Virus record (IMG/VR): IMGVR_UViG_3300017769_000001 | Span: 64,001-128,000 of that record | Reading direction: 5' to 3' (one strand) | From: a virus | Length of the DNA: 64,000 bases | Shown here: positions 36,449 to 46,779 of the stretch, piece by piece | Numbering within the stretch: position 1 is the first letter of the stretch | Layout of the letters: every line of letters starts with the position of its first letter | The notes under the pieces: generated by a model | Told to the model about the DNA's origin: nothing | The model's database searches: none | The model's input: only the letters and a program-made list of their open reading frames with translations | Translations under genes and position numbers: made by a program

Positions 36449-37894
36449 ATGACTTTTCCTATTTCCGCTGGGGTTTACGGTCGTGAGATTCTCGGTGATG
36501 CTGTTGCAGCACCACAGATCGGCTTCACTGGTGCTGCTGTAATCAGTGCGCTTAAAGGGCCAGTCGAACCGACCCTTATTACCTCTGAACGCCAATTCTA
36601 TGAGCTGTATGGCAAGCCTACAATGGATCGTCCATCAATGCACTGTGTTGCTCGATTCCTGCGTCAAGGTAATGCGGCAACCGTTCGTCGGGTGATTGTT
36701 GATGCTACTGCTGCTTCTGGCGAGATCGCTGGTGCAGTGGATCCGTACATCACCATCGAAGCAGCCAACCCCGGTGCTTGGGGTAATGACCTGACCGTCA
36801 CTTTCAATGAAAACGAAGACAACACTTCACTTTGGGATCTGACGGTGACTTATGATGGTGAGGTTGTTGAAACCTTCACTGTTTCTATGGTCGAAGGTGC
36901 TGTTGACGGATTCGGTCAGCCTCAGTACATCGAAGACCGCGTCAATGAGCGCAGCCAGTACGTTCGCATTACTGTGGACGAAACCGAAACAGCAACCATC
37001 ACTGATGGTGATGACGTTGTTCTTGGTGCTGGTACAGACGACAGCACACCGGTTGGTGACGCTGAAATCGTTCTGGCTCTTGAAGACTTCCGCAACACCG
37101 ACGAAGTTGAAGCAAACTACATGATCAACGCAGGTTGGATCTCAGCCGCTGTTCACGCAGCTATGGTTGATGTGATGGAAGACCGTAAAGACGGTATCGT
37201 CATCCTTGATATGCCAGACTCCAAAGTTGCAGCTGATCTGGTTACTTTCCGTAAAACAGAAAGCAACATCAACTCATCTTTCGCAGCGTACTACGCTGGT
37301 TGGGTTCGCATCATTGAAACCGAAACTGGCAAGGAAGTATCTATCCCGGCATCTGGTGATGTAGCAGCGATCTTCTCTGCTTCTCAGCAAGGAACCGTTT
37401 GGGATGCTCCTGCTGGTCTTCGTCGCGGTGTGATCAACGGCATTCTGGGAACCAACAAGATCTGGTCTGAACTTGAGCGCGATGCCCTGTACAAGGCAGG
37501 TATCAACCCAATCCAGACATTCGCAGGTCAAGGTACTGTGATCTGGGGTCAGAAGACTGCATACGCAATTGCTTCTTCATTCGACCGCATCAACGTAAGA
37601 TTCCTGCTGAACTATGTTCGCACAACTGCGATTGCTTCCCTGAAGCCATTCGTATTCCAAGCGAACACTGAGTTCACTCGAAACTCGATCTTCACTCTGC
37701 TTGACAACTTCATGGCAGGTGTTCAGGCGAATGATGGTGTGTACGGATACAAGATTGAAATCGGAACTGATCTGAACACTGCTCAGGTTATTTCGAACAA
37801 CCAGCTGCTGGTTAACATTCTTGTTCAACCGACTCGCACTGCCGAGTTCATCCGTGTTGACACAATCACAGTTCCACTTTCTCAGGATCTGTGA
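36449..37894 (+). CDS. gp18: contractile tail sheath protein
   Basis: SAGVY.RE, PGAWGN, APAGLRRG, INPI, WGQKT, FDRINVR motifs. Confidence 0.95.
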   Translation: MTFPISAGVYGREILGDAVAAPQIGFTGAAVISALKGPVEPTLITSERQFYELYGKPTMDRPSMHCVARFLRQGNAATVRRVIVDATAASGEIAGAVDPYITIEAANPGAWGNDLTVTFNENEDNTSLWDLTVTYDGEVVETFTVSMVEGAVDGFGQPQYIEDRVNERSQYVRITVDETETATITDGDDVVLGAGTDDSTPVGDAEIVLALEDFRNTDEVEANYMINAGWISAAVHAAMVDVMEDRKDGIVILDMPDSKVAADLVTFRKTESNINSSFAAYYAGWVRIIETETGKEVSIPASGDVAAIFSASQQGTVWDAPAGLRRGVINGILGTNKIWSELERDALYKAGINPIQTFAGQGTVIWGQKTAYAIASSFDRINVRFLLNYVRTTAIASLKPFVFQANTEFTRNSIFTLLDNFMAGVQANDGVYGYKIEIGTDLNTAQVISNNQLLVNILVQPTRTAEFIRVDTITVPLSQDL

Positions 37895-37935
37895 TAACCG
37901 GTTAAAACGACAAGAAATTTCGCTACCAAATATTC

Positions 37936-37960
37936 AGCCCCTTTCGAGGGGCTTTTTTAT
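37936..37960 (+). terminator. intrinsic terminator
   Basis: GCCCC-TTTCGA-GGGGC-TTTTTT. Confidence 0.85.
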
Positions 37961-38022
37961 TCTTGGTCAATAAGTTCCTAAATAATGGAACAGAAACATC
38001 CTTTGCAATGGAGAAATAAAAC

Positions 38023-38520
38023 ATGAGTATTGAACAAACCCGCGCAATCGACCGTCCACAGAAGTCATACGAGTGGGAAATCGAAATCGTCGGCCCATCT
38101 ACCGGCGGTCTTGAAGGTCTAAAGGCGTATGCCCAGACAGCGAACATTCCTGAAGAAAGCATTGAAGAAATCGTGATCAACCACAAGTCTGAACGTTCTG
38201 TTCATGCTGGCCGTGTTGCTTCTGCCCGAACTTCAACGATTAACTTCATGGATGACGAAGCACTTACCGTATTCCGGTATATCCGTCAGTGGCAGGAAAT
38301 CATCAAGAACTCGCAAACCGGTGGTGGTGTTCCTCGTTCACTGTACGTTGCTGATATCATCGTCCGCCAGTTCAACTCTGACAGTCAGACTGTAAGCGCA
38401 GAGCATCGCCTGCGTGGTGCCTTCCCGACTTCTCGTGGGGAGATCAGCATGTCTTATGACGCGTCAGAAGTAATGAACTTCGATGTGACATTCAGTTACG
38501 AACGCCTTGATCTGGAATAA
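38023..38520 (+). CDS. gp19: tail tube protein
   Basis: follows sheath; GAFPT...I..SYD...FDVTFSY motif. Confidence 0.85.
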   Translation: MSIEQTRAIDRPQKSYEWEIEIVGPSTGGLEGLKAYAQTANIPEESIEEIVINHKSERSVHAGRVASARTSTINFMDDEALTVFRYIRQWQEIIKNSQTGGGVPRSLYVADIIVRQFNSDSQTVSAEHRLRGAFPTSRGEISMSYDASEVMNFDVTFSYERLDLE

Positions 38521-38526
38521 TAACTG

Positions 38527-39213
38527 ATGATTAACACCCGACTGAAAGACTTGGTTCCAGCTGGCGGTGAGCTGTTAGGTGACATCATCACCAATCAGCT
38601 CGATCCCCAACTCGGATACATGTGGGAGGTTCGGGTAGAAAGTGCGGATGCTCCGAGAGACTACGAACGGAGCATTCAGCTTTTCGCGAGAAACGTGACT
38701 CTCCCCCAACGATCAGTTGAACCGATTCGCCGTGAGTACATGGGAGAGTCTGTTGTCCATGCCGGATACTCTTCGGATCCAAAACAGATTCGAGTGACTT
38801 TCTGGGATGACAAGCGACTTATCGGCTACCGATATTTCAACGACTGGATAAACCAGTTGTCGGATCCGATGTATGGTCGTCAAGGACGCCAGACAATGAC
38901 TCGGAAGAAAGTCGTAATGAAACTCAAAGACAGGACTGACTTCTTCGTGGGTGTTGAGATTGAGTTCACTGGGGCATTCGTTTTCAACATTGGGGATGTT
39001 ACTCTGAGTTACGATGAAAGTATTCCTTTCTTGTTTAACGTCGGTATCCAATACGATGACATGTTGATGAACGGAACTCGTTACAGCATGGAAGAAATTA
39101 AGAATGCTTCTGGTAATTCTGATTTCTTTTCTAAGATAAACAAACAGTTAAACGACAGAATCAGCGCAGCGAAAAACAAGGCATCCGATTTCATTGGCGG
39201 GTTAGGAGACTGA
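38527..39213 (+). CDS. tail-tube-fold protein (gp19 paralog / gp54-like)
   Basis: VTLP, VTFWDD, W..Q, GAF...DVTLSYD shared with preceding tube gene. Confidence 0.7.
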   Translation: MINTRLKDLVPAGGELLGDIITNQLDPQLGYMWEVRVESADAPRDYERSIQLFARNVTLPQRSVEPIRREYMGESVVHAGYSSDPKQIRVTFWDDKRLIGYRYFNDWINQLSDPMYGRQGRQTMTRKKVVMKLKDRTDFFVGVEIEFTGAFVFNIGDVTLSYDESIPFLFNVGIQYDDMLMNGTRYSMEEIKNASGNSDFFSKINKQLNDRISAAKNKASDFIGGLGD

Positions 39214-39214
39214 A

Positions 39215-39958
39215 TTGAGCTACGAACAATTTGAAACGTATGAGAAGAATCTACACAAGCGCAGGGTTTCAGAACCTGCTCGCGCTTATCTGTGGGCGGT
39301 CGAACTTCCTGACCTGACTGTCGATCCTTCTAACGGGTCAAAGTCTGAAAGCTTCTCTAAAGCATCCTCGGATCTAAAAAGCAGATTCCTCCCCGTTGAT
39401 ATGCAGTTGGTGAATACGCTTGTGACATCAATCACCACGCCGTTCTTCACATTTGATACTGACAAGGTAACGAGTGGTAGTACGTTCTGGTACAAAGCCA
39501 CACATAACGACATTTCAAACATCTCCATGACTCTCGAAGAGCAGGAGAATGGTGTTGTCTGGAATTACATCAACAACTGGAAGAATCTGATGCTTGCTTC
39601 AAACGGCGGACAAAACCCTCCGGCGTTCTACAAGCGAGATATTACTTTTCTTCGTCTCGACCTGATGAAGATGCAGTTTCAAAAATTTGTTTACAGCAAC
39701 TATTTTATCAGTGAAGTATCTCAGATCACAAATGACTATACATCAAATGCAGCAGTGCAGTATAATCTGACGTTTACTGGTGATAGTCTACTTCCGGTAT
39801 ATACCCTTGAAGGTGCTGCGCTTGAGGCTAGATTGGAGAGAGCATCTCAGCTTCTTGGCGGTGTCGAGATTCCTTACGATCCATTTGCGTACTCCGGAGT
39901 TCCTGCACCGGCAATTTCCAATTTACTTGGAACCATCGCCTCAAGGGCTCTGACTTAA
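39215..39958 (+). CDS. tail-tube-fold baseplate junction protein
   Basis: YLW.VE, NNW, YKRDI, LTF pattern; synteny. Confidence 0.6.
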   Translation: MSYEQFETYEKNLHKRRVSEPARAYLWAVELPDLTVDPSNGSKSESFSKASSDLKSRFLPVDMQLVNTLVTSITTPFFTFDTDKVTSGSTFWYKATHNDISNISMTLEEQENGVVWNYINNWKNLMLASNGGQNPPAFYKRDITFLRLDLMKMQFQKFVYSNYFISEVSQITNDYTSNAAVQYNLTFTGDSLLPVYTLEGAALEARLERASQLLGGVEIPYDPFAYSGVPAPAISNLLGTIASRALT

Positions 39959-39992
39959 CGCGTAAATAGTAATATCAAAAAGGAGCGGAACA

Positions 39993-40856
39993 ATGGGAAA
40001 CCCTACCCCTGATAAGATGTTCATGGATAATCCCCCTGAACAGCCAAAAGAAAAAGTCGACCTATCACCAAAGGTATATGAGCCAGTCGAACAACCAATT
40101 GATGCACACGTGGATTCCCCCGTTGGCAACGTTGTAGATCTTCCTTCAAAGGGTCTGCTTGGTTACCCGGCTTCGATCACCCACCGTGAGATTATGGCTG
40201 GCGACGAAGAGATTCTGAAATCTTCGACGAACAAAAACTTCAGTCGAACCGTCAACAAAGTTCTGAAGTCCATCTGCAACAACGCAGAATTCTTCGATGA
40301 CATGTATGTTGGCGACCGGGATTATGTGATGATCCATATCTGGGCAAACACATACGACTCTGAGAAAGAGTTTGAAGTGAAGTGTCGCCACTGCCAACAC
40401 AAAGACGACATGAAGATCGATATCTTCAGATTGGATTCAATCGACCCGAAAGATAACATGCCGTCAAGACTTCCGATGCGAGTATCAAAAACCGGTGACA
40501 CAATCAAACTTCGATTGGTTACTGTTCGCGATGACAACAACGCAGAAGAGTACATGGCGAAGAACCCGAACGCCGAAGTTTCTACGGAGACCCTGCACTA
40601 CGCTCTGGCGATTGAGTTTGGGCGTCCGATGAGCATTGCTGAACGGATTCAATATGTCCATGAGAACATCACGGCGAAAGAACTGGCGACGATTCGGGAA
40701 TTCCATCGTCATTTCAGCTTTGGTCTGGATACAAGCTTTGAACATACGTGCTCAGAGTGTCAGGGGGTCACTCGTGGAAATATTCCCTTTCTCCCCGAGG
40801 ACATTATCAATCCTCAAGTACGAACAGATCTTGAGCAGCTACTACGATCTCAGTAA
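39993..40856 (+). CDS. gp26: baseplate hub assembly protein gp26-like
   Basis: LPSKG, EEIL, D.DY, two CxxC pairs. Confidence 0.75.
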   Translation: MGNPTPDKMFMDNPPEQPKEKVDLSPKVYEPVEQPIDAHVDSPVGNVVDLPSKGLLGYPASITHREIMAGDEEILKSSTNKNFSRTVNKVLKSICNNAEFFDDMYVGDRDYVMIHIWANTYDSEKEFEVKCRHCQHKDDMKIDIFRLDSIDPKDNMPSRLPMRVSKTGDTIKLRLVTVRDDNNAEEYMAKNPNAEVSTETLHYALAIEFGRPMSIAERIQYVHENITAKELATIREFHRHFSFGLDTSFEHTCSECQGVTRGNIPFLPEDIINPQVRTDLEQLLRSQ

Positions 40857-40989
40857 GGTTCTTGGCGGGGATCCTGTGAGCTATAGACAAATGCCTATGG
40901 CTCATATGATTTACTTTAACCGAAGGTTGAGTAAAGATATCAAAGATAAAGATCCGTTTATCTATCCACACCCTCCGATATCCCTCTGA
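40831..40989 (+). CDS. small gp51-like baseplate chaperone segment (start unclear)
   Basis: YY....L......MP....Y...L pattern; position after gp26. Confidence 0.5.
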   Translation: MSSYYDLSKVLGGDPVSYRQMPMAHMIYFNRRLSKDIKDKDPFIYPHPPISL

Positions 40990-41042
40990 CTGACATGGCA
41001 AGCCCTAAATAACCTCATATCTACAAAAGGTTTATTTGGAGC

Positions 41043-43316
41043 TTGCCAATGTCTAATCGCAACTACCGTCCAATCGAAAGTATCAGACTTGAAGCTGAAC
41101 TGTCACTAGCAGATTTTCTTTTCGATCAAGAAATTATTTCAGAAAGTGCCTATGCAATTGAGTACATGGGAACCAAAACTTTCGACCTGATGGAGTCTGC
41201 GTCTCGAAGCAATTCTCCCGGTTACTACTACGGAAAGGGAAAGGACGCAATTTACTATGTTGATTTCAGAAACATCTGGAACAACGTAAAAGACTATCCG
41301 TCAACAGAAGACGTTTATCGAGTATTTCACCCATCTGTCCAAAACGTAGAGGCGAATACAGCCACTACATGGTCGTCAAGGGTTCTTAACAAGTTTCTGG
41401 GCGGAAATAAAGGCGATCCCGGAGTACCGGAGGCTCGAACTGAACTCGTCGCTAAGACGACCAGAGAGCGCACAGATCTCGAAAAGAAAATCCGTGCTGG
41501 TGAAGCAGAAGAGCTTGCCGATGACTTTGGCGAATATTCAATTGACGGTGGGTATCAGCGAAAGTCGTCTCGTTCTGGAAACATTGAACGAGCATCTACC
41601 CTGTTCCCCGGTGAGCTTTACAGCGACCAGTCTCGGATTCCGAAGCGTCGTTGGGGTTCATGGTGGAAGCGGTTCCTGAGAGCAAGAACCAGCGTAGCAG
41701 ACCCAGAAAGCGGATTGCTGGCTATGCGCAAATGGTCGAAGCACTTCATTATGGGGTATCAGATCACTCCGAATCTTTTATTCGAAATCTGGTACAACAA
41801 CATGGACAGTACATTCAGCGTCCATGACAAATACGGGAACGTGGTTCAGCGTGGCGACAGTATTCCTTTGATTCGCGATGCTCTTAACGTTCTGTTCCAT
41901 AATGTGGCAGATGCAAGTCCCAAAGACGCAGAAATCCTCAACATGAGAACTCCGAGCCTGCGTCGTGTGAATCAGGACATTGAAGCAGCACTGTCTGGCA
42001 GCGTTGATTCCGCACGGTCATACGCGGAACGTGTTCGTGATCGTAAAGAAAAGACAATCCAACAACAGGAAGCTGAACGCAAACGTCGTCAGGAAAAGGA
42101 AGAGCGCGGTATTGAGCTTGGTGCTGACATCCGAGGCGAAGAAACTCGCAAATCTGAAGAAGAGACAGTTCAAAGTTTCCGTGACCGCGTGAAGAACGCT
42201 GTGAAAGACAAAGCGAAAGAAGCTGCAAAACAGGCTGCTGACAACTATAAGCAATCTACTCAATCTGGTGTTGCTTCTCCTTCCTATGCGAAGAACACAA
42301 AGCAGACAGATGATGTTTCTGATGAAGCTGCTCGTCGCCGTGAGGCTCGTCAGGCAGAAGCCATGCGTCGTGAAGAAACACGTGATGCTGAACGCAAGCG
42401 TAAGATGGAGACCGAAAAACTGAAAGCCCAGAGTGAGCTTGCAGCGAAAATCGACGATCTGTCTCAAGAGCTTGAAGACATGCGTTCTGATCCTGCTTAC
42501 TTCGACGATGAAGCTACTCGTCAGGAAGAGATCAGAAAGGCTGAACAGGAACTTGCTGATGTCCAGAAAGCTGTTGCTGAATATGAAGACGACGATTTCG
42601 ATTCTCGTCTGAAGGCCGAGTTTGAAAAGCTGAACAAAAAGATCGAAGCAAGTAACAAGCGTCGTGAGAAAAAGAAATCAGATGATTCACCTTCACTGGA
42701 TGACTATGTGAACTCCGGGAAGAACAAGAAAAAGAAATCTGTGAATGAGTCTGCGATTGATGACCTCCTTGGCGGTCAAGCCGACAATGATGCTGAGTTC
42801 GATCTTCAGGATTACGATATGAATCCTCTGTACCGTCCAGAGGTTAATCGAGAAGTCGAACAAACCAGACAGAAGGCTGAGAACAGTCCGTTCACAAAGC
42901 AGCTGATCAATAGCATGTTCTTGGAAGGGTTCGTTCAGGTATACGATCAGACTCGTGTGAAAGACAACCGTACGTTCATTCGTCGTATTTTCGACCGACT
43001 GAAGATCTTCCGTGGAAGGGTTGAACCTATCGCACTCCCGTCTCGAATCGTTTCCAGCTACATGAAAGTGAAAGGATTTTTTGCTGGGGCGCAGGCGCGT
43101 GCGGATTTCATCATCGGCTACACCATAAATGATGTTGCCAACTTTGAGATCTGGTATGTGCAGGAGATCAGCGCGGATGGAACCCAGCAGTATGCGAGTT
43201 TCTATCTGTATGATGTCACTGCAATGAAAATCATTCAGAAGAACATCCCGCATTACAGAAACGCAGTTCAACTTCTGATCCTGAAGATCGGATCTGAGGA
43301 TACAAAGGGAGCTTAA
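41043..43316 (+). CDS. large late virion-like protein with coiled coil and duplicated domain
   Basis: late motif 41006; two FI.GY.I.....FEIWY segments. Confidence 0.75.
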   Translation: MPMSNRNYRPIESIRLEAELSLADFLFDQEIISESAYAIEYMGTKTFDLMESASRSNSPGYYYGKGKDAIYYVDFRNIWNNVKDYPSTEDVYRVFHPSVQNVEANTATTWSSRVLNKFLGGNKGDPGVPEARTELVAKTTRERTDLEKKIRAGEAEELADDFGEYSIDGGYQRKSSRSGNIERASTLFPGELYSDQSRIPKRRWGSWWKRFLRARTSVADPESGLLAMRKWSKHFIMGYQITPNLLFEIWYNNMDSTFSVHDKYGNVVQRGDSIPLIRDALNVLFHNVADASPKDAEILNMRTPSLRRVNQDIEAALSGSVDSARSYAERVRDRKEKTIQQQEAERKRRQEKEERGIELGADIRGEETRKSEEETVQSFRDRVKNAVKDKAKEAAKQAADNYKQSTQSGVASPSYAKNTKQTDDVSDEAARRREARQAEAMRREETRDAERKRKMETEKLKAQSELAAKIDDLSQELEDMRSDPAYFDDEATRQEEIRKAEQELADVQKAVAEYEDDDFDSRLKAEFEKLNKKIEASNKRREKKKSDDSPSLDDYVNSGKNKKKKSVNESAIDDLLGGQADNDAEFDLQDYDMNPLYRPEVNREVEQTRQKAENSPFTKQLINSMFLEGFVQVYDQTRVKDNRTFIRRIFDRLKIFRGRVEPIALPSRIVSSYMKVKGFFAGAQARADFIIGYTINDVANFEIWYVQEISADGTQQYASFYLYDVTAMKIIQKNIPHYRNAVQLLILKIGSEDTKGA

Positions 43317-43319
43317 TAG

Positions 43320-45734
43320 ATGCTCATTGAAAGAGAAGCAATTGACAATTGGGATCCATCCGAGCCACGAACCAACGGAAGACCTGCTGGTTCTGGTCTT
43401 GATATCGTTTCTCTGTCAAAAATCGGGATTGATGTAAATGTAAAGGAAATTGAAGACTCGACTGTCAATAATCTGACGATGGCGATGACTCAGAACCAGT
43501 TCAAAGTTCGTGTCATGAACCTGAAGTCTGGAATTATCACACCGTTGACGGATTACTTCAACTTCCGATTCCAGCAGCAGGATTCTGTGGAGACCCAACG
43601 CCATAAAGAGTCTATTCTTTATAGTGCAGACTTAAAGCGTACAATCGAGCGAGTGAACGCCCGTAGCGATTTCGCTCTCGTGAACAGTTTCCGAGAAACG
43701 TATTATGGCTTGACAAAATCAATCACGTCCGCCATTGGGACGGTGATTACCCCTGTTCTGAAAGGGATCGGATTCGTTCTCTTCGGGACAAAGGATAAGG
43801 GGAAGACGGTCGTTCAGGCGATTGAAGAACAAACTCAGTTCCTGAGAACTGGCAAAATCTTCGAAAGCAGCAACATGTTCTCTCGCTTCATGCGACGTGG
43901 TCTTGTTGGTAGTGCTGTTGCAGGTGCTGCTGATCTTGTTGGATTGGGGAGACAAGCAGCCCAGAGAGCAGAAAGAAAGCGTGCTGCTGGAGAAGACCGC
44001 ACAATTCGTGAGAATATTGTCACACAGATGGGCATCTGGTGGGGTACGTTTGGGGATATTGAGAAATTCGACACCAGACGGAACTTCGCCCCGGATTCTT
44101 CTGAGTTCCGACAGGAGTCTCTGTTGGATCGCATTCGCTTGTCATCTGAGGCGTTCTTAGAGTTCTTCCGGGACTACAGTGGTAAGATGTTTGATGAAGT
44201 TCGAATGATTAACATCAACCTTGCCAATTACTTGAAGAAATCTCCGGATACATCTGAAGCTGCGAACGAAGAAAATTACGAAGTTGAAGAGAAGCTCTTC
44301 AGTCGGGTGACCCAAGCAATCCATCAAGCAAACGATAGCTCAATCGTTGCCATGGCTGCTGGGTACGATAACATCGTCAGAAATGACAACGAGAACATGC
44401 GGGAATCAATACGCATGTCTTCTTTTGACAACTTCAGAAATTCTCAAATCCTCAGAAATATCAACGAGGAAATGAAGCAAACAAACAGTCCGGTTCTGAC
44501 TCCGTTCGAGAACCGTATGCTCGAATCAAGCAATGCACAGTACGAGCAGCTGCTTGAAGCAAATGAGCTGGCTCGTATTCGTGAAGAAAGAAGAAAAGAA
44601 TCAATCGAAGGTTCCGGTGGTCTTCTCGGTGCTATTACTGGGCTTCTGTCTGGTGCCGCTGGGCCTCTTGCTTCCCTTGGTAAGAAGTTCATTATTACAC
44701 CTATTATGGGTGCTATTAAAGCAGGCGGTGCTTGGATTGCCAAGAACGGATTTAAAGTATTGCTTCGTGCTCCATTCGCCAAGGTGTTTGCCGTTGGTAT
44801 GGTTTCAAAACTGTTATACGACCATATTCTTCGCCCTACTGTATCTTGGTTCGATAACACATTCGATACTGAAATTGGAGCGAAGCTTGATTCGATTACT
44901 GGGTGGTTCTCTGAAAAATTCGGAAACATGGTCGATTGGATTAAAGAAAAACTCCAAGGCGTTCCTGTGATCGGAAGACTGTTCAAGGAAGATAATGTCT
45001 CTGTTCCTGAAGTAGAAGAACCAGCAAAACGAAAAGAAGATTCAGTCAGCGCAGTAGACACCGCGAAGAATTTCGGTAAATGGTATGGAAAGCAGTTTAC
45101 TGAAATGGTTAGAACTGGTTCTACTGCCCTTGGTGGTATTCTGGATCGCGGTCGTGGATTTGTTCGGGATTGGTTCAGTTCTGATGAGAGCAATGTTAAT
45201 GGGGTCGTAAAAAGACCTTCATCATCAGATGTCTTTAGCTTTGCGAGGGACACTGCAAACAGAGCGTATTCCGGAATCACTACAGCCGCAAAGAATACTC
45301 TGAAGATCAGTCAGGCGTTTGTTGGAGAACTGTCAGATTCAATTCCGAAAGCGATTGAAGAAGGTATCGACAGGCTTCGTGGATATGACTACGACGCATT
45401 TGAGAAAATGCGAGCATTAGGACTATCGCCGCTGTCTATTGCAGATAGTGCGATGAGTTCAGTAATAAATCCTCTGTCTCCAAATACGTCAGATCTGGTT
45501 TCTGAACAGATGGTACTCGCTGCGTCCGAAAGTAAGCGAATGGCGTTCGAACAGGTTGAACTAATGAAACGCCAGAGAGAAGAAGCAGCCGCATTCAATC
45601 GCAGGTTTCTTGAAGTTATGCAGGCCGTTGCCGGGAATACTGAAGCGACTGCTGGTGCAACCATGGCTGGCGTTCGTGCGACAACCGAAATGCAGCGAAG
45701 AAAAGACACATTAGACGTACCGAAGGATATGTAA
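43320..45734 (+). CDS. tape measure / hub protein (gp29-like)
   Basis: 804 aa, helical, G/A-rich hydrophobic stretch, W-spaced repeats; precedes baseplate genes. Confidence 0.65.
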   Translation: MLIEREAIDNWDPSEPRTNGRPAGSGLDIVSLSKIGIDVNVKEIEDSTVNNLTMAMTQNQFKVRVMNLKSGIITPLTDYFNFRFQQQDSVETQRHKESILYSADLKRTIERVNARSDFALVNSFRETYYGLTKSITSAIGTVITPVLKGIGFVLFGTKDKGKTVVQAIEEQTQFLRTGKIFESSNMFSRFMRRGLVGSAVAGAADLVGLGRQAAQRAERKRAAGEDRTIRENIVTQMGIWWGTFGDIEKFDTRRNFAPDSSEFRQESLLDRIRLSSEAFLEFFRDYSGKMFDEVRMININLANYLKKSPDTSEAANEENYEVEEKLFSRVTQAIHQANDSSIVAMAAGYDNIVRNDNENMRESIRMSSFDNFRNSQILRNINEEMKQTNSPVLTPFENRMLESSNAQYEQLLEANELARIREERRKESIEGSGGLLGAITGLLSGAAGPLASLGKKFIITPIMGAIKAGGAWIAKNGFKVLLRAPFAKVFAVGMVSKLLYDHILRPTVSWFDNTFDTEIGAKLDSITGWFSEKFGNMVDWIKEKLQGVPVIGRLFKEDNVSVPEVEEPAKRKEDSVSAVDTAKNFGKWYGKQFTEMVRTGSTALGGILDRGRGFVRDWFSSDESNVNGVVKRPSSSDVFSFARDTANRAYSGITTAAKNTLKISQAFVGELSDSIPKAIEEGIDRLRGYDYDAFEKMRALGLSPLSIADSAMSSVINPLSPNTSDLVSEQMVLAASESKRMAFEQVELMKRQREEAAAFNRRFLEVMQAVAGNTEATAGATMAGVRATTEMQRRKDTLDVPKDM

Positions 45735-46453
45735 TGTCAACAACACTCAATAAAATCGAAGAGCTTTATCTTAGCAACCCGGAGTCGGTGCTGACAATTA
45801 TCCAGAAGGATGATGAGGGAAGATATCTGAGGAAAGTGAGGGCACCACTTCCAGACGGGTTTGGTATGTCTGTTGGGTCGGCTTTCACTGACCCTCAGAA
45901 TATTGACCTTGCAGCACACACAGGAGCTGGCAGATTCGGCCAAATCCTTTCTGTGGCAATGCGTGGTGCTTCTGCTTTAACAGGTTTCTCTACACGAGCG
46001 GTTCAGAACAGTAACACATTCTATGCTGGGCCTGAACCTACTGAAATTTCATTTGAGATCCGATTTGATTCTTTCTACTCTGCGTACCACGAAGTCGTGG
46101 TTCCCGCTGCTCGTCTTATGATGATGAGCGTTGGTACAGAAAGAACCCTGAAAGATCTCAATGAAGTCGTTAAGGGAGAACTGAAAACAGAAGAGCTGGC
46201 AGCAACGAATGAGGAAGTCGATTCAATCATGACTAATTTCGGTTTGATCAAGTCTGCTGGGGAATGCATCATAAAATTCGGGAAGACGATGACAATACCT
46301 CGTGCGTATGTCTCTAGTGTTGGGACTAAATTTTCGAACGTCGTCGATAACCAAGGCTACCCGATTTCATGTGATTGTTCTGTAACCATCAAAGTGATCA
46401 GAAACCCAACCCAGACAGAGGTTGGTGCCAAGTACTTTGGAGGTATAAGATAA
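45734..46453 (+). CDS. baseplate tail-tube cap/initiator (gp48-like)
   Basis: synteny; P..ISF.I.F and GYP...V pattern. Confidence 0.55.
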   Translation: MSTTLNKIEELYLSNPESVLTIIQKDDEGRYLRKVRAPLPDGFGMSVGSAFTDPQNIDLAAHTGAGRFGQILSVAMRGASALTGFSTRAVQNSNTFYAGPEPTEISFEIRFDSFYSAYHEVVVPAARLMMMSVGTERTLKDLNEVVKGELKTEELAATNEEVDSIMTNFGLIKSAGECIIKFGKTMTIPRAYVSSVGTKFSNVVDNQGYPISCDCSVTIKVIRNPTQTEVGAKYFGGIR

Positions 46454-46779
46454 TGATTTATAAGAGAAAATTCCTCTACAAACGTGAGACGGTCGGGGGA
46501 ATTCGAGAGCTTGACTACCTACAGACTGAGTTATTCAACCAGCAAATGGATACTGCTTTCGAGTTCACTATCACAGCATCAACTGCGTTTCGTCCGGATC
46601 TGATATCGAAACAAACCCTGAGCAGCTATCATTATGGATGGTTGATTATGGATTACAACGACATTCTGGATCCGTACGAAGAGCTTTATGTTGGTCGTGT
46701 CTTGAGAATTCCTAAATTAGACGACTACTTCCAGTTTTATAATGAAAACAGTGTCGTCAATAAGGAAGACCGTCAATGA
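46453..46779 (+). CDS. gp53: baseplate wedge gp53-like (LysM)
   Basis: RPDLIS...W.I...NDILDP...G.VLRIP. Confidence 0.85.
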   Translation: MIYKRKFLYKRETVGGIRELDYLQTELFNQQMDTAFEFTITASTAFRPDLISKQTLSSYHYGWLIMDYNDILDPYEELYVGRVLRIPKLDDYFQFYNENSVVNKEDRQ

